Origin: Deltaproteobacteria bacterium
Lineage (GTDB): Bacteria; Desulfobacterota; GWC2-55-46
DNA length: 64,000 bases
Assembly: GCA_015075075.1 (NCBI GenBank)
Contig: JABTVA010000012.1
Coordinates: forward strand, 4,655-68,654
Direction of reading: 5' to 3'
Part shown: piece after piece, positions 1 through 11,010 of the stretch
Layout: each line of letters starts with the position of its first letter
How positions within the stretch are numbered: the first letter of the stretch is position 1
Notes under the pieces: generated by a model
What the model was told of the DNA's origin: nothing
Seen by the model: the letters and a program-made list of their open reading frames with translations, nothing else
The model's database searches: none
Position numbers and translations under genes: made by a program

Positions 1-153
1 GAGGAAGGGGAACAGCACCTCGTGGTCGAGCGCGCTGAAGAAGCGCTGGTTCCTAACTACGACCATCGAGCCCCAGGCCGAAACGGCTGAGATAAGGACG
101 GCCAGGACTATCGTAAGGTAGACTGATGAGAAAAACTTCCAGACGCTTCTCAT
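1..153 (-). CDS. 5' part of a membrane protein, probably ResB-like cytochrome c biogenesis protein (runs off window)
   Basis: Manual translation MRSVWKFFSSVYLTIVLAVLISAVSAWGS.. resembles ResB/Ccs1 N-termini; starts just after the stop of the upstream ORF. Confidence 0.45.
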   Translation of the reverse strand, partial: MRSVWKFFSSVYLTIVLAVLISAVSAWGSMVVVRNQRFFSALDHEVLFPFL

Positions 154-154
154 A

Positions 155-1033
155 TTAACGCTGCTTGAACCACCTGATTATGTTTTCGGCGAGCTTCCTG
201 TTGTCCGCGTCGTTTATGAAGCGGTTCTGAAAGGGCGCGTCGTCGGCCACTACCACCACCTTGCCTGCCCCGAGCTCGCGTACGGCTATGATAGCGAACT
301 CCTCGACCGGCTCGCCTTCGTTGAATTCCCTGTTTCTGTCAAGGTCGGCCCACGCGGCCTTGGAGGTCATCGCGACAGGAGAGGCCCCGTTCACCGGCAG
401 AAGCCCCCATGTGCCGTATACGGCTATCCCCTTGAGCCCGGATGCAAGCGGGTGCGCCGCGAATTTCGTGACCAGGAAGTCCTGGGGTTTCCCTCCTATC
501 AGCCCGGCCCTCTCGCATATCACGAAATTCGAGACGATGATGCCGAACTCGTGCGTAAGCGACGCGACCGGAGGCGAGATGTGGAGGAGCACCAGGAGGT
601 TCCCGCCCCGCTCGACGAACGCCTTGAGCGCCGCCGCTTCGTCGGGCGAAAAACCGCGGGCCGGGCCGGCTATTATATAGGTCCCGACCCCTTTGAGCGA
701 CTCCGTGGTAACCGGCCCCTCGTTCACCCCGACCTCAACCCCCGTGCCGCTGTCCCTTATGAGCGAATAGAAGGATGAGTAATCGAGCTCGCCGGCCCTT
801 ATGGGCGAGAATATCTCCGAATGAGAGAGGTCGAAGACAGTTTTGCGGGCCTTTGCCGTGAGGCCCGGTCCGGCAGGCTGCCCAGCCTTGCCAAAAAGAG
901 CCTCTCCGGCCCTGGCGTGGGCGATATCCGCTGAAAAGAGCGGGAAGGCGGCTGCCAGGGCCAGGACGGATATTAATCGGAGGGCCGTCTTGAACGCACT
1001 TGAAGCGCGTAAAAAGGTTGCCGTCGGTCTCAC
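155..1033 (-). CDS. Exported protein, GldG/DUF4350-like (class I glutamine-amidotransferase-like fold)
   Basis: Signal-like segment ending AHA; motifs FDLSHSE, LKAFVERGGNLLVL, GKVVVVADD..F.N..I..ADN; start codon uncertain. Confidence 0.55.
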   Translation of the reverse strand: MRPTATFLRASSAFKTALRLISVLALAAAFPLFSADIAHARAGEALFGKAGQPAGPGLTAKARKTVFDLSHSEIFSPIRAGELDYSSFYSLIRDSGTGVEVGVNEGPVTTESLKGVGTYIIAGPARGFSPDEAAALKAFVERGGNLLVLLHISPPVASLTHEFGIIVSNFVICERAGLIGGKPQDFLVTKFAAHPLASGLKGIAVYGTWGLLPVNGASPVAMTSKAAWADLDRNREFNEGEPVEEFAIIAVRELGAGKVVVVADDAPFQNRFINDADNRKLAENIIRWFKQR

Positions 1034-1133
1034 CGGTTCAGGATATCGGTTGCGGCATGGGCATGTCAAGGAAAAGAAAGGGGGCTGGAATTCCACTTGA
1101 TTTTCAGCCGTCCGGATATGATAAACTGAAAGG

Positions 1134-1532
1134 ATGTATGAGCTACTGATAATTTCCTGGTTTTCATCCGCGCACAACCTGAGGGGCTACCAGGGGGCCT
1201 GCGAGAACCTTCATGGCCACAACTGGAAGGTGGAGGTGGAGGTACGCTCCGGGGGGCTCGACGGCCTCGGCATGGTCGTCGATTTCAAGTCATTGAAGGC
1301 GAAGGCGAGGGGCGTAATCGACCGGCTCGACCACAGGTACCTTAACGAGGTGCCGCCGTTCGACAAGGAGAACGCGACCGCCGAGAACATCGCAAGGCAC
1401 ATTTTCAAGGAGGTATCGGCTGCATTCGAAGGCGGCGGCTTCGGCGACGTAAAGGTGTCGAGGGTCAGGGTCTGGGAGTCCGAGAGCGCGGCTGCTGCTT
1501 ATTATGAACAGGAGGGGCCGGATGCCGGTTAA
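1134..1532 (+). CDS. queD: 6-carboxy-5,6,7,8-tetrahydropterin synthase
   Basis: FSSAH, CENLHGHNW, DHRYLNE, TAENIA motifs. Confidence 0.93.
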   Translation: MYELLIISWFSSAHNLRGYQGACENLHGHNWKVEVEVRSGGLDGLGMVVDFKSLKAKARGVIDRLDHRYLNEVPPFDKENATAENIARHIFKEVSAAFEGGGFGDVKVSRVRVWESESAAAAYYEQEGPDAG

Positions 1533-2297
1533 AACCACGAGGGACGTCCAGAGCCGATTTCGACTACAGGCAGATACCCACTGGACAAGGTGGGGTGAAG
1601 GACATCCGCTACCCTATCGTCGTGCCTCGACAGGAAGAACAAGTTCCAGCACACTGTGGCTCCATAAGCATGTACGTCGACCTGCCGCACCAGTTCAAGG
1701 GCACGCACATGTCGAGGTGTCTGTCGGAGATACTTTAACGAGCACAGGGCGAGCTCACGGTGAAGAAGAACTTCCCGCAGATATTGAGAAGATGAAGGTG
1801 AAGCCTCGGCATCCACTGCACACTCCGAGGTCGAGTTCCCCTATTTCATCGAGAAGAGCGCGCCGGTTTCGAAATCCAAGGGCATGATGGAGTACAGGTG
1901 CAGGTATCCTGCTCAACCGAAAGGGATTTCCTATGCTCGGAGGTCGAGGTGTTGTCCTGACCCTTTGCCCCTGCTCAAAGGATAAGCGAAAGGGGCGCGC
2001 ACAACCAGAGGGGCAAGGTCGGGCGTCGGTCCGCTTCAAGGGGTTCGTCTGGCTCGAGGACATAATAGCGGCGGTCGAAAGGTCGGCGTCGAGCCCCGTA
2101 TATTCGCTCCTTAAGAGGCCGGATGAGAAGTACGTGACCGAGAAGGCCTACGACAACCCTCACGTTCGTCGAGGACGGTGAGGGCGTGCCGCAACCTCGG
2201 GAAGATAAAGAAGCTCAAGTGGTTCAGGGTGGAGGCCGAGAACTGGGAGTCCATCCACAACCACAGCGCCTATGCCTTCCTCGAAAAGAAGCTCTGA
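1522..2297 (+). CDS. folE2: GTP cyclohydrolase FolE2 (several frameshifts in this assembly)
   Basis: Fragments KGTHMSR, TLCPCSK, SSPVYSLLKRPDEKYVTEKAYDNP, ESIHNHSAYA across frames. Confidence 0.85.
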
Positions 2298-2299
2298 AA

Positions 2300-2424
2300 G
2301 GCGACCTCTGTAATTGATTCTTTCCCCGGACTCTGGGAATTTGCGCTCACATATTATCACATGTCTGGCTTTTTATTCCTACCACCGGGAAAAGCCGAAA
2401 AAATTTCCACTCTTAGAGGTCGCC
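2300..2424 (+). mobile_element. Family A MITE-like element, copy 1
   Basis: TIR GGCGACCTCT..AGAGGTCGCC, internal TTTCCCCGGACTCT and GCTCACATATT motifs shared with the other copies. Confidence 0.8.
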
Positions 2425-2458
2425 TGAATCAAAACGGCCTCGGTCGCCCCGGGCCGTC

Positions 2459-3172
2459 TCATCTTCTGCAGTCCCCGTTTATCCCTTTATAGAGGACTTC
2501 CTTTACCTTGAGCTTTGCTCCTCCACCCAGAACGGGCCCCTCTGGCATGAAGCCCTTACCTTGAGGTCGAACCACCTGGGTCGAGAAGCAGGTCGTCAAA
2601 TATCTCTTCCCGTGGTTGGCGACGAGGCGCGCCTGTCCTGGCCTCGTGCATTTTCTGAGTAGCTCGCCGCCGTCCATGTCCGAGACGGGTCACCGCGTTC
2701 TGAGATAGGAGGTCGGATACGATAAGGTCAGGTCAGTTTCTTCCGGCTGCCGGAGCGCCTCGGAGGCGTTCTTTGCCTTTACTATCCTGAAGCCGATATC
2801 CGAGAGCGCCGTCTCCACCATCTCCCTCGCGATACGGTCGTCTTCGATGAGGAGGATAGTCTCGACGCCCGCTTCAGCCTCGGCCTGCGGCTCGGCTTTT
2901 TCCTCAGGGGGCTCGTAAGCCTCTTTTTTCGGCGCCTCTGGCGTTTTGGGTTCCGCGTTCCCGGCGGCGACCGGCGTTATGACGAAGGCCTCGGCCTCCC
3001 TCTTCGCAATGAAACGCGCCCCGCACCTTACGCAGCTTATGTTAACGCCTTGCTCCCATTCAGGAAAAGACTCAACCGGGACCCAGAGCCTGAACCTCGA
3101 ACCGCACCCGGCGCAGGCGACCTCAACGGGCTCTTTCCCAGCGACTGTTTTGTTGGCTTGCATATCAGGCAT
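2459..3172 (-). CDS. Zinc-ribbon + receiver (CheY-like) domain protein, frameshift near 2700
   Basis: CAGC..CVRC pair, acidic linker, ILLIEDD receiver start, MDGGELL and KGFMP in second frame. Confidence 0.7.
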
Positions 3173-3306
3173 AAGGCCTTTTGTTCCGTTGCCGTCCGCC
3201 AGGGACCCGAAAAGCCGGACTTTGCAGAACGGCTTGAATTCCAAGGGGATAGCATTGATTTGAAAAAGCAGTTTAACCCAACAGGGCTCCGGGTGTCAAT
3301 GGTTCG

Positions 3307-5469
3307 TTAATGTTCGAGCCTCCCCTGCACGCCCGCGACCCTGCCGAGGCCCAGCAGGTTGAAGGTGAGGTATACGAGCTTCTCCTCGAGCCGTTCCGTG
3401 TAAGTGAGGGTTGCGCTCCAGCACTGCTGGAAGTACTCCAGACCGTAGGAGGTCTCAAGGGACCTCCGCTCGTCAAAGGAGAACCTCTTGAGGAAGGTGA
3501 AGTCTACCCCCTTGGGGAGCCGCGCCCGGAGCGAGCCCTCAAGGTAGTTGGCACCGTCCTTTACGAACCTGTGGGAGACGGCAAGGCTGTCGCCCCTCTT
3601 GTCGGATGCGGCCAGCGAGACCTCGTAGGCGGTGAAGTGGCTCTCGTATACGTCGAGCGTGCCTTTGGCCACTCCGGTCACGAGCGGCAGGGGCCTCACG
3701 ATCAGCTCGCCAGTTACGTCGGAAAAGGGCCTCCTCTCGTCGCCGGGCCCGGCAAGCTCCCTTTCAGCCTCATGGAAGTTGTAGCTCTGCCTGAGGTCGA
3801 GGTAGAGGTATTCGAAATAGACCGCCCCGTCGCCCTCGCCGCTCCTTCCGGTGAGCGTGGAGTTGAGGGAATAGCTTATGCTGTTCGCGGCCGATCTCCT
3901 GTCGAGGTCGTCGAAGCTGGGAAGGTCGTCCTGGGAGATGTCGGGCGCGTAGACGTAAGCGACCCCAGGCCTCAAGGTATGCCTGAGGGCGGTAGCGCCG
4001 GGCTGCCCGGCCCTGAATACCCGGACGAAAGTCGTGGTCAGTTCGGCGGTAACGTCGTATGTGAACCTGTCGAAGCGGTCTTCCTCGGGGTGCCGCTCCA
4101 CGAACCAGAGGGTCGCCGCAGGGCCTGCCGAGAGCAGGAAATCGAAATAGCCGCCCGGCCTAACCGGCATTGAGAGCCTGGGCCGGATGTCGAGCCTTTG
4201 GCCCCGGAGGCCCTCTTCCCTCCAGAAGTTCACGTAAGAGGACTGGCTTGAGAAGTAGAAGGGCGTGCCGGCGATCCTCTCCGCCGTGCTCGTGAGCGTT
4301 ATCTCCGGGAGCCTCTGGAGCGTTTCGTCGTCGTCCGCGTCAAGGAGGTTGTCGAAAAACCTCATCTGGCCAACGAGGCTCCAGTTTGCCCGGTTGAAGC
4401 TGGCGGAAAGGTTGCTTTCCAGAGCCTCAAGCGAGCGCTCCTCCTGGCCCCTTCCAAAGTCTATGAAGTACTCGTCGTCGCTTACGAGGTTCAGGTTTGC
4501 CCTGAGGTTAAGGCCGCTATCGAAAAGCTCCCTGTGCACGAGCCTGAGCCTCCACCTGTTGTCGGTCGCCTCCTCCGGCCTCGAAAGGTTGTCAACGTCC
4601 TGCCTGAATTCCCTGACCCTCTCTATGCTTTTTTCCTGGAACTGGTAGAAGAATATCTCGCCGGAGCTCTTCCTGGTGCGTATATACCTGTATTCGGCGC
4701 CTTTGCCGAGACCGCGCCTCGACTCGACGTCGAGGTAGAAGGTGGCGTCCTGGTTCCTGGCTATGGCCCAGAAATAAGAGGTGTCGAGGATAAAGCCCCT
4801 CAATTCCGAAAAGCCGGGCCTGGGCTGGAGAAACCCGGACTGCCTTTCGCGTTTTATCGGGATGGATATATAGGGCGAGTAGAGGACGGGGACGCCCTTT
4901 ATGTAGAACCTCGCGTTCCAGCCTGTAAGGTACTGGCCCACGGTTACGCGCGCCGATGTCGCCGCGAAGCTCCAGTCCGGGTCTTCCTCAGGAGGGCAGT
5001 CGCATGTTGTGTAGGTCACGCGCTCCGCCGCGTAGGATTCCGGGCCGGTCTTCCTGATGGAGTCCGCGGTAAGGTGGATGTTGCCCTCGCGGTAGAAGAG
5101 CCTGCCGTTCGCGAGCACGGCGGTCTTGTCCCTTATGTTGAACTGGAGGGTGTTGCCCGTGAGGGCGCTCCCGCCCTCGTCAACGGCCCTTATGTTGCCC
5201 GAGACGGTCCCGACCCCCGCCGCCATGTCGAGTATCGCGGTATCCGCCCTGACGGAGATGCCTTCCTGGGCTATCTCGACGTTCCCCGAGGCGTGGTACC
5301 TGTCAGCGGCCCTGTCGTAGGTTATGGAGTCCGCCGTTATCTCGACCGGCATCTCGGGGCTGAAGAGCTCGCCGTGGGGTTTCTCCTCCGGGTGCGCGCC
5401 GCGCGGCGCGAAAAAAAGAAGGAGGAAAAGGGCTATGAGTACGGATTTGCCAACGGGCGTCACAGTCAT
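3307..5469 (-). CDS. lptD: LPS assembly outer-membrane protein LptD
   Basis: Signal peptide, OstA-like N-domain (EITADSI, ASGNVEI), YTTC, RQSGFL, YFWAIA, QRLPE, C-terminal beta-barrel. Confidence 0.9.
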   Translation of the reverse strand: MTVTPVGKSVLIALFLLLFFAPRGAHPEEKPHGELFSPEMPVEITADSITYDRAADRYHASGNVEIAQEGISVRADTAILDMAAGVGTVSGNIRAVDEGGSALTGNTLQFNIRDKTAVLANGRLFYREGNIHLTADSIRKTGPESYAAERVTYTTCDCPPEEDPDWSFAATSARVTVGQYLTGWNARFYIKGVPVLYSPYISIPIKRERQSGFLQPRPGFSELRGFILDTSYFWAIARNQDATFYLDVESRRGLGKGAEYRYIRTRKSSGEIFFYQFQEKSIERVREFRQDVDNLSRPEEATDNRWRLRLVHRELFDSGLNLRANLNLVSDDEYFIDFGRGQEERSLEALESNLSASFNRANWSLVGQMRFFDNLLDADDDETLQRLPEITLTSTAERIAGTPFYFSSQSSYVNFWREEGLRGQRLDIRPRLSMPVRPGGYFDFLLSAGPAATLWFVERHPEEDRFDRFTYDVTAELTTTFVRVFRAGQPGATALRHTLRPGVAYVYAPDISQDDLPSFDDLDRRSAANSISYSLNSTLTGRSGEGDGAVYFEYLYLDLRQSYNFHEAERELAGPGDERRPFSDVTGELIVRPLPLVTGVAKGTLDVYESHFTAYEVSLAASDKRGDSLAVSHRFVKDGANYLEGSLRARLPKGVDFTFLKRFSFDERRSLETSYGLEYFQQCWSATLTYTERLEEKLVYLTFNLLGLGRVAGVQGRLEH

Positions 5470-5550
5470 TTCGCCTTGGAGAGTGGAATTGCGGATTAGC
5501 GGAAAAAATTAGCACATGCAGGGGGTTTTTACAAGGCAAAGCTCTTATCT

Positions 5551-5943
5551 GCGAAAAGGCCTTTTCCGCGCTTCCGCGCGGTTCGAGGGTAAGGCTCGCT
5601 TGCTTGTCCACCTCCCCCATCCCGTGCACGGGCCCCTAAAGTCGCTCCGCTCCTCCCGCCCCGGCCCGTTCACGCTCAGCCTCCCTTATGCTACGCTCGC
5701 CTTACCCTCCGGGGTATGTTCAAAACATAAGAAGCTTAATGTAATTTGTCTTTGTATTTCAAATATTCCCAAGGGCATAGGGCGTAGTGAGCATAGGGCT
5801 GGGGGGAGGGCGGGCGAGGCGAGGGAGCAGGAGCTCGGCCCCTTGAGGCCGAGCGACATAAGGGCCGAGACCGGAGGCTGGAGGCGGTTAGCGAGCGGAG
5901 CCCTATGACCGAAAGCGCGGCAGCGCGTTAAAAGGCATTTTGC
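5551..5943. repeat. Family C ~390-nt structured palindromic element, copy 1
   Basis: Collinear homolog at 41339-41735; terminal inverted repeat plus internal helices. Confidence 0.85.
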
Positions 5944-5995
5944 TAAAGAGTATAGCGGATTGCGAAAATCGCTAAAATGATTGATCAGGGCGGAG

Positions 5996-7274
5996 TTATT
6001 TTCTCTTTAATCCGGCCCTTCTCAAATAACCCCTTGCCTCTCCCACCGTGAAGAGCGAGCCTGTCACGCAGACCGCGCCCCGGGGACCGGCCAAGAGAAG
6101 GGCCTCTTTCAGGGCGTCCTTGACGCGCTCCCTTATTATAGCCTCTTTCCCGAACCGCTCGATTCTCCCGGAGAGCGCCCTGGGGCTCTCCGAGCGTTCG
6201 TTCATCGGGCTCGTGGCGATTACCATCCGGCACGAGGGTAGGATCTCTTTTAGTATCCCGTCTATGTCCTTGTCCGCCATTACGCCCAGCACAAGCACGG
6301 GTTTTTTCCCAAGGCCCTCAAGGGCAAGGGCGAGCGTCCTTGCTCCCGCGGGGTTGTGCGCGCCGTCGAGCACCACGAACGGCTTCCGTGACATTACCTC
6401 GAACCTGCCGGGCCATGCGGCTTTCTTGAGCCCTTCCCTTGCCGCCTTTACCTGGATATCGAAGCCCTTTCTCTTTAGGACCTCTACGGCAGCGAGCGCG
6501 CAAGCCGCGTTCCTTACCTGATGGGGGCCCAGAAGCCCGAGCTTCAGGTTTTCAAGGCGCATGTCGATTCCATCGTAAGCGAAGGAGCGCGGCTCGCCTG
6601 TGGCGCTGAAATCCTTACCGATTACATGGAGAGGCGAGGACAGCTTTTTCGCGGTCCTGCTTATTACGGAGAGGGGGCCCTTTCCGTCCTCTCCGGTTAC
6701 CACGGGCCTTCCGGGTTTGATTATCCCCGCCTTTTCAAAGGCTATCTCTTCGAGGCTTTTGCCGAGGAAGCGCGTATGGTCCACGCCTATGTTAGTTATG
6801 ACGGACACTTCCGGAGTTACGACGTTCGTAGCGTCGAACCGTCCTCCCCTGCCGGTCTCGATTACCGCAATGTCGGCCATCTTTTCCCTGAAATGGAGGA
6901 ACGCCATCGCGGCCGGAACTCGAAGAAGGTGAGGGGGGGAGCTGCCGGTCATCTTCGCTGCCGCCGATCTGACGGCCTTGATCGCGCGATGAGCTCCGGT
7001 CCGGCATCATCTTCCCGGAGACGCGTATTCTCTCATTGAACCTTTCGAGGTGGGGCGAGGTGAGGCTCGTCCGAGGCCGGCTTGAAGGGATGGAAGCTAT
7101 GATGGCTGAGGTGGAGCCCTTGCCGTTGGTCCCGGCTACGTGGATAACCGGGAAGCTTTTCTGGGGGTCTTCGAGGAGCGAGACTATCTCTCTTATCCTC
7201 TTAAGCCCCGGCCTTATGCCGTGCTTTTCGAGGCCGTAGAGGAAAGATAGAGCCGGGTCCGGATGCCGCATCAA
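5996..7274 (-). CDS. folC: Bifunctional folylpolyglutamate synthase/dihydrofolate synthase (frameshifted ~6900-7080)
   Basis: [46 protein letters not shown]. Confidence 0.92.
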
Positions 7275-8125
7275 GGGACTGCGGAGCCCCTGAGCATGGA
7301 AAGGAGCTTCGAGATCGTCTCTTTCATGAGCTTCCTTTCGACGATCATGTCTATAATGCCGTGCTCCAGGAGGTATTCCGACCTCTGGAAGCCCTCGGGG
7401 AGCTTCTGCCTTATGGTCTCGGCTATGACCCTGGGGCCGGCGAAGCCGATGAGCGCCCTGGGCTCGGCGATTATCACGTCGCCGAGCATGGCGAAGCTCG
7501 CGGAGACGCCGCCCATCGTGGGGTCGGTGAGGACGGATATATATGGAAGCCCGGCCTCGCGTAGCTTCGCGAGCGCCGCCGACGTCTTGGCCATCTGCAT
7601 GAGCGAAAGTATAGACTCCTGCATCCTGGCCCCTCCGGACGACGAGAATATGATCACGCCGGAGCGGCTTTCGACCGCCCTCTCGACCGCGCGGGCGATC
7701 TTCTCGCCCACTACCGACCCCATCGACCCGCCCATGTACGAGAACTCGAAGACAGCGGCGGTTGCCCGCTCGCCGCCTATGATGCCCTCGCCGGAGACCA
7801 TCGCGTCCTTGAGCCCGGTCTCCCTCTGCGCCACCTTGAGCCTGTCCTTGTACTTTTTTACGTCCCTGAACTCCAGCGCGTCAACCGGCTCCATCGACTG
7901 GTCGAACTCGCGGAATGTCCCCTCGTCGAAGGTTATCTCTATCCTGGCCCGGGCGGATATGCGGAAATGGTAGTTGCATTTGGGGCAGACGTCGAGGTTA
8001 CGCTCGACCTCTTTCTTGTAGATTATCTCGCCGCAGTGGTCGCACTTCACCCAAAGCCCGAAAGGGACCTTGACGCTTTTGCTCTCTTCCCCGTTCGTGA
8101 AGAGGTCTTTTTTGAACCAGATCAT
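7271..8125 (-). CDS. accD: Acetyl-CoA carboxylase carboxyltransferase beta subunit
   Basis: LWVKC..C zinc finger, [27 protein letters not shown]. Confidence 0.97.
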   Translation of the reverse strand: MIWFKKDLFTNGEESKSVKVPFGLWVKCDHCGEIIYKKEVERNLDVCPKCNYHFRISARARIEITFDEGTFREFDQSMEPVDALEFRDVKKYKDRLKVAQRETGLKDAMVSGEGIIGGERATAAVFEFSYMGGSMGSVVGEKIARAVERAVESRSGVIIFSSSGGARMQESILSLMQMAKTSAALAKLREAGLPYISVLTDPTMGGVSASFAMLGDVIIAEPRALIGFAGPRVIAETIRQKLPEGFQRSEYLLEHGIIDMIVERKLMKETISKLLSMLRGSAVP

Positions 8126-8143
8126 ATTTCCTCCGGTCTTGAA

Positions 8144-8209
8144 GGCACCCTCTAAAAATTGATCTTTTCCCCGGACCGCGGGAAAAATCTCTAATTTTTA
8201 GAGGGTGCC
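8144..8209 (+). mobile_element. Family A element, internally deleted 66-bp copy
   Basis: TIR GGCACCCTCTAAAAATT..AATTTTTAGAGGGTGCC, core missing. Confidence 0.8.
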
Positions 8210-8221
8210 TTAATGGCCTTA

Positions 8222-9037
8222 TTATGGCCTGCTTATGCCCCGCTTAAGTCCCGAGACGAAGGTCCCCAGCTCGCCCATGCGCTTTTTCGGGCCCTTCATG
8301 CCCGCGATTATGTTTACTATCGCGCTACCGACTACCGCCGCGTCCGCGCTTTTGCAGACCTCGCGCGCCTGCTTCGGGGTCGAGATGCCGAAACCAACTC
8401 CTATCGGAAGGTTCGTGAACTTCCTTAAGCGCCTCACATAAGCGGGGATGTCCGTAGAGAGGCTCTTCCGGGCGCCGGTAACCCCTGTGACGCTTACGAA
8501 GTAGATGAACCCCGACGCCTTCGAGGCCACAAGGCGCATCCTATTTTCGTCGCTCGTCGGAGTAAGGAGGAATATGAGGTCAACGGAATTCCTGTCGAGC
8601 TCCGCTTTGAGCTCGTCTGACTCTTCCGCGGGGAGGTCCACTATGAGGACCCCGTCGGCCCCGGCCGCGCGTATTTCCTTCGCGAACCTCTTAAGACCGT
8701 AGTTGAAGACCGGGTTATAGTAGCCAAAGAGGGACGATCGGTATCTCGCTTCCTTCCTTATCTCGCGGACGAGCTCCAGCTCCTCATCTATGTGCCCGTT
8801 GCTGCGGAGCGCGCGCTCCGACGAGGCCTGTATCGTCGGGCCGTCGGCCATGGGGTCGGAGAAAGGGATGCCGAGCTCTATGAGGTCGGCCCCGGATTTT
8901 TCCAGCTCGCGGATTATCCGCCCGGAGGTCGGGATGTCCGGGTCGCCGGCTGTGACGAATGTGATTAGCGCCTTCCTCCCGTCGGCCCTGAGCCTCTCGA
9001 ATAGTGATTCTATCCTGTTTTTTCCCTTTGCGGCCAT
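8222..9037 (-). CDS. trpA: Tryptophan synthase alpha chain
   Basis: ELGIPFSDPMADGPTIQ, VTGVTG, VGFGIS. Confidence 0.97.
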   Translation of the reverse strand: MAAKGKNRIESLFERLRADGRKALITFVTAGDPDIPTSGRIIRELEKSGADLIELGIPFSDPMADGPTIQASSERALRSNGHIDEELELVREIRKEARYRSSLFGYYNPVFNYGLKRFAKEIRAAGADGVLIVDLPAEESDELKAELDRNSVDLIFLLTPTSDENRMRLVASKASGFIYFVSVTGVTGARKSLSTDIPAYVRRLRKFTNLPIGVGFGISTPKQAREVCKSADAAVVGSAIVNIIAGMKGPKKRMGELGTFVSGLKRGISRP

Positions 9038-9058
9038 CTCGACCCCTTTTGGTGTAAG

Positions 9059-9138
9059 TCCCCCACTTTTTTAAAGGGGGGAGGGGAGATTATCTTGACT
9101 CAATTAATCCCCTTTTGTCCCACTTTAGAAAAGGGGTA
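9059..9138. repeat. REP-like double hairpin (CCCC-TTT/AAA-GGGG type)
   Basis: CCCCCACTTTTTTAAAGGGGG .. CCCACTTTAGAAAAGGGG with inner GGGGAGATTA/TAATCCCC; similar halves at 39637-39850. Confidence 0.5.
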
Positions 9139-9145
9139 AGTTCAG

Positions 9146-10390
9146 TTATATCTCGAAATCGAACGCCTTTGAGACGGTATTCAGGTCCTTATCGCCCCTA
9201 CCCGAGAGGCAGACTATTATCTTCGAGCCTTTCCTCATCTCCCTTGCCGCCTTCACGGCATACGCGACCGCGTGGGAGCTTTCGAGCGCGGGTATTATGC
9301 CCTCGGATAGCGTAAGCGCCTTGAAGCCTTCTAACGCCTCTTTGTCGGTGATTGTAGTATACCCGACCCTGCCCGTATCGTTAAGGTACGCGTGCTCAGG
9401 GCCCACGCCTGGGTAATCGAGCCCTGCCGATATGGAGTGGGTGTCTATTATCTGGCCGTAATTGTCCTGCAGGAGATAGGTCTTGTTCCCGTGGAGCACG
9501 CCGACCCTTCCGCCGTTTATCGATGCCGCGTGCCTGCCGGTCTTGAGCCCCTCGCCCCCGGCCTCGACCCCCGTCATCCCGACCTTCTTGTCTTCGAGGA
9601 AGGCATGGAAGAGGCCGATTGCGTTGCTTCCGCCGCCCACGCAGGCAACAAGGAGGTCGGGAAGCCCCCCGGTCATCGCCTGTATCTGCTTTCTCGCCTC
9701 AACGCCTATTATCGACTGGAAGTCCCTTACGAGCATCGGATAGGGGTGCGGCCCTGCGACCGTCCCTATTATGTAGAAGGTGTTGTAGACGTTAGTTACC
9801 CAGTCGCGGAGGGCCTCGTTCATGGCGTCTTTAAGAGTCCTGCTGCCGGAGGTAACGGGATTCACCTTCGCGCCCAGGAGCTTCATCCTGAAGACGTTGG
9901 GGAGCTGCCTTTTTATGTCGTCCTCCCCCATGTATATCTCGCATTCGAGGCCGAACATCGCGGCGACCGTTGCCGTCGCGACCCCGTGCTGGCCCGCGCC
10001 AGTCTCCGCAATGACGCGCTTTTTACCCATCCTTTTCGCCAGGAGTATCTGGCCGATGGTGTTGTTTATCTTGTGCGCGCCTGTGTGGCAGAGGTCCTCC
10101 CTTTTAAGGAATATGTCCGCTCCGCCTGCCTTCTTCGTGAGCCTCTCGGCGTAGTATAGCGGGGTCGGCCTTCCGACGTACTCGCCGAGGTAGTAGGCGA
10201 ATTCCTTTTTGAAGCCCGGGTCCTTCTTCCACTTGAGGTAGGCCTCTTCGAGTTCCATGACCGCGGGCATCAGGGTTTCGGAGATGTACCTTCCGCCGTA
10301 GATGCCGAAGTGGCCGAGCCTGTCCGGTACCCTGCCGGGTCGTGAAGCATTTCGCGCCGAAGCCCTGCTGTCCTTGCCGGTTTTCCTCAT
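9146..10390 (-). CDS. trpB: Tryptophan synthase beta chain
   Basis: [38 protein letters not shown]. Confidence 0.98.
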   Translation of the reverse strand: MRKTGKDSRASARNASRPGRVPDRLGHFGIYGGRYISETLMPAVMELEEAYLKWKKDPGFKKEFAYYLGEYVGRPTPLYYAERLTKKAGGADIFLKREDLCHTGAHKINNTIGQILLAKRMGKKRVIAETGAGQHGVATATVAAMFGLECEIYMGEDDIKRQLPNVFRMKLLGAKVNPVTSGSRTLKDAMNEALRDWVTNVYNTFYIIGTVAGPHPYPMLVRDFQSIIGVEARKQIQAMTGGLPDLLVACVGGGSNAIGLFHAFLEDKKVGMTGVEAGGEGLKTGRHAASINGGRVGVLHGNKTYLLQDNYGQIIDTHSISAGLDYPGVGPEHAYLNDTGRVGYTTITDKEALEGFKALTLSEGIIPALESSHAVAYAVKAAREMRKGSKIIVCLSGRGDKDLNTVSKAFDFEI

Positions 10391-11010
10391 CCTCTTACCC
10401 GCTCCATGAATTCCTTAAGCTTTGTGTGGTCCTTCCTGCCAGGCCTGTCCTTCATCTCCACGCCGGAGCAGGCGTCCACCGCGTACGGACGGACCTTCTC
10501 CACGGCCTCTTTCACGTTTTCAGGGTTCAGGCCGCCGGAGAGTATGATGCGCCCGAGCGCCTTCGCCTCCACGGCTATGTCCCAGTCGAAGGTCTCGCCC
10601 GTGCCGCCGTGTACCCCCTCCTTGAAGGTGTCGAGGAGGTAGGCCGAGACGCTATAGGGCCTGAGCCTGTTTATGTCGGCCCTGTCCCTGACCCTTATTG
10701 CCTTTATGACCTTGATGCCGAGCCGCTCGCAGTACTCCGGCGTCTCGTTCCCGTGGAGCTGCGCCGTGCATATGCCGGTCTCGGCGGCGGTCGCGGTGGC
10801 CCTTGAAAGCTCCTCGTCCACGAAGACGCCCACCGGGGTCACGAACGGCGGGAGCTCCCTTATTATGAGCCCCGCCGTCCTCGGGCTTATGTGCCGGGGG
10901 CTCTTCTTGTAGAAGATGAAGCCGAGCGAGTCGGCCCCGAGCTCCGCGGCCTTGAGCGCGTCCTCAAGGTTTGTGATTCCACATATCTTTACCCGTATAC
11001 TCTTTGACAC
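10387..11010 (-). CDS. trpF: Phosphoribosylanthranilate isomerase
   Basis: [29 protein letters not shown]. Confidence 0.96.
   Translation of the reverse strand: MSKSIRVKICGITNLEDALKAAELGADSLGFIFYKKSPRHISPRTAGLIIRELPPFVTPVGVFVDEELSRATATAAETGICTAQLHGNETPEYCERLGIKVIKAIRVRDRADINRLRPYSVSAYLLDTFKEGVHGGTGETFDWDIAVEAKALGRIILSGGLNPENVKEAVEKVRPYAVDACSGVEMKDRPGRKDHTKLKEFMERVRG

Noticed and set aside
5516-5908. ORF across family C element, similar to ORF 41335-41586
   Set aside because: Similarity follows from the DNA repeat; starts and 3' frames differ, and substitutions preserve base pairing rather than protein
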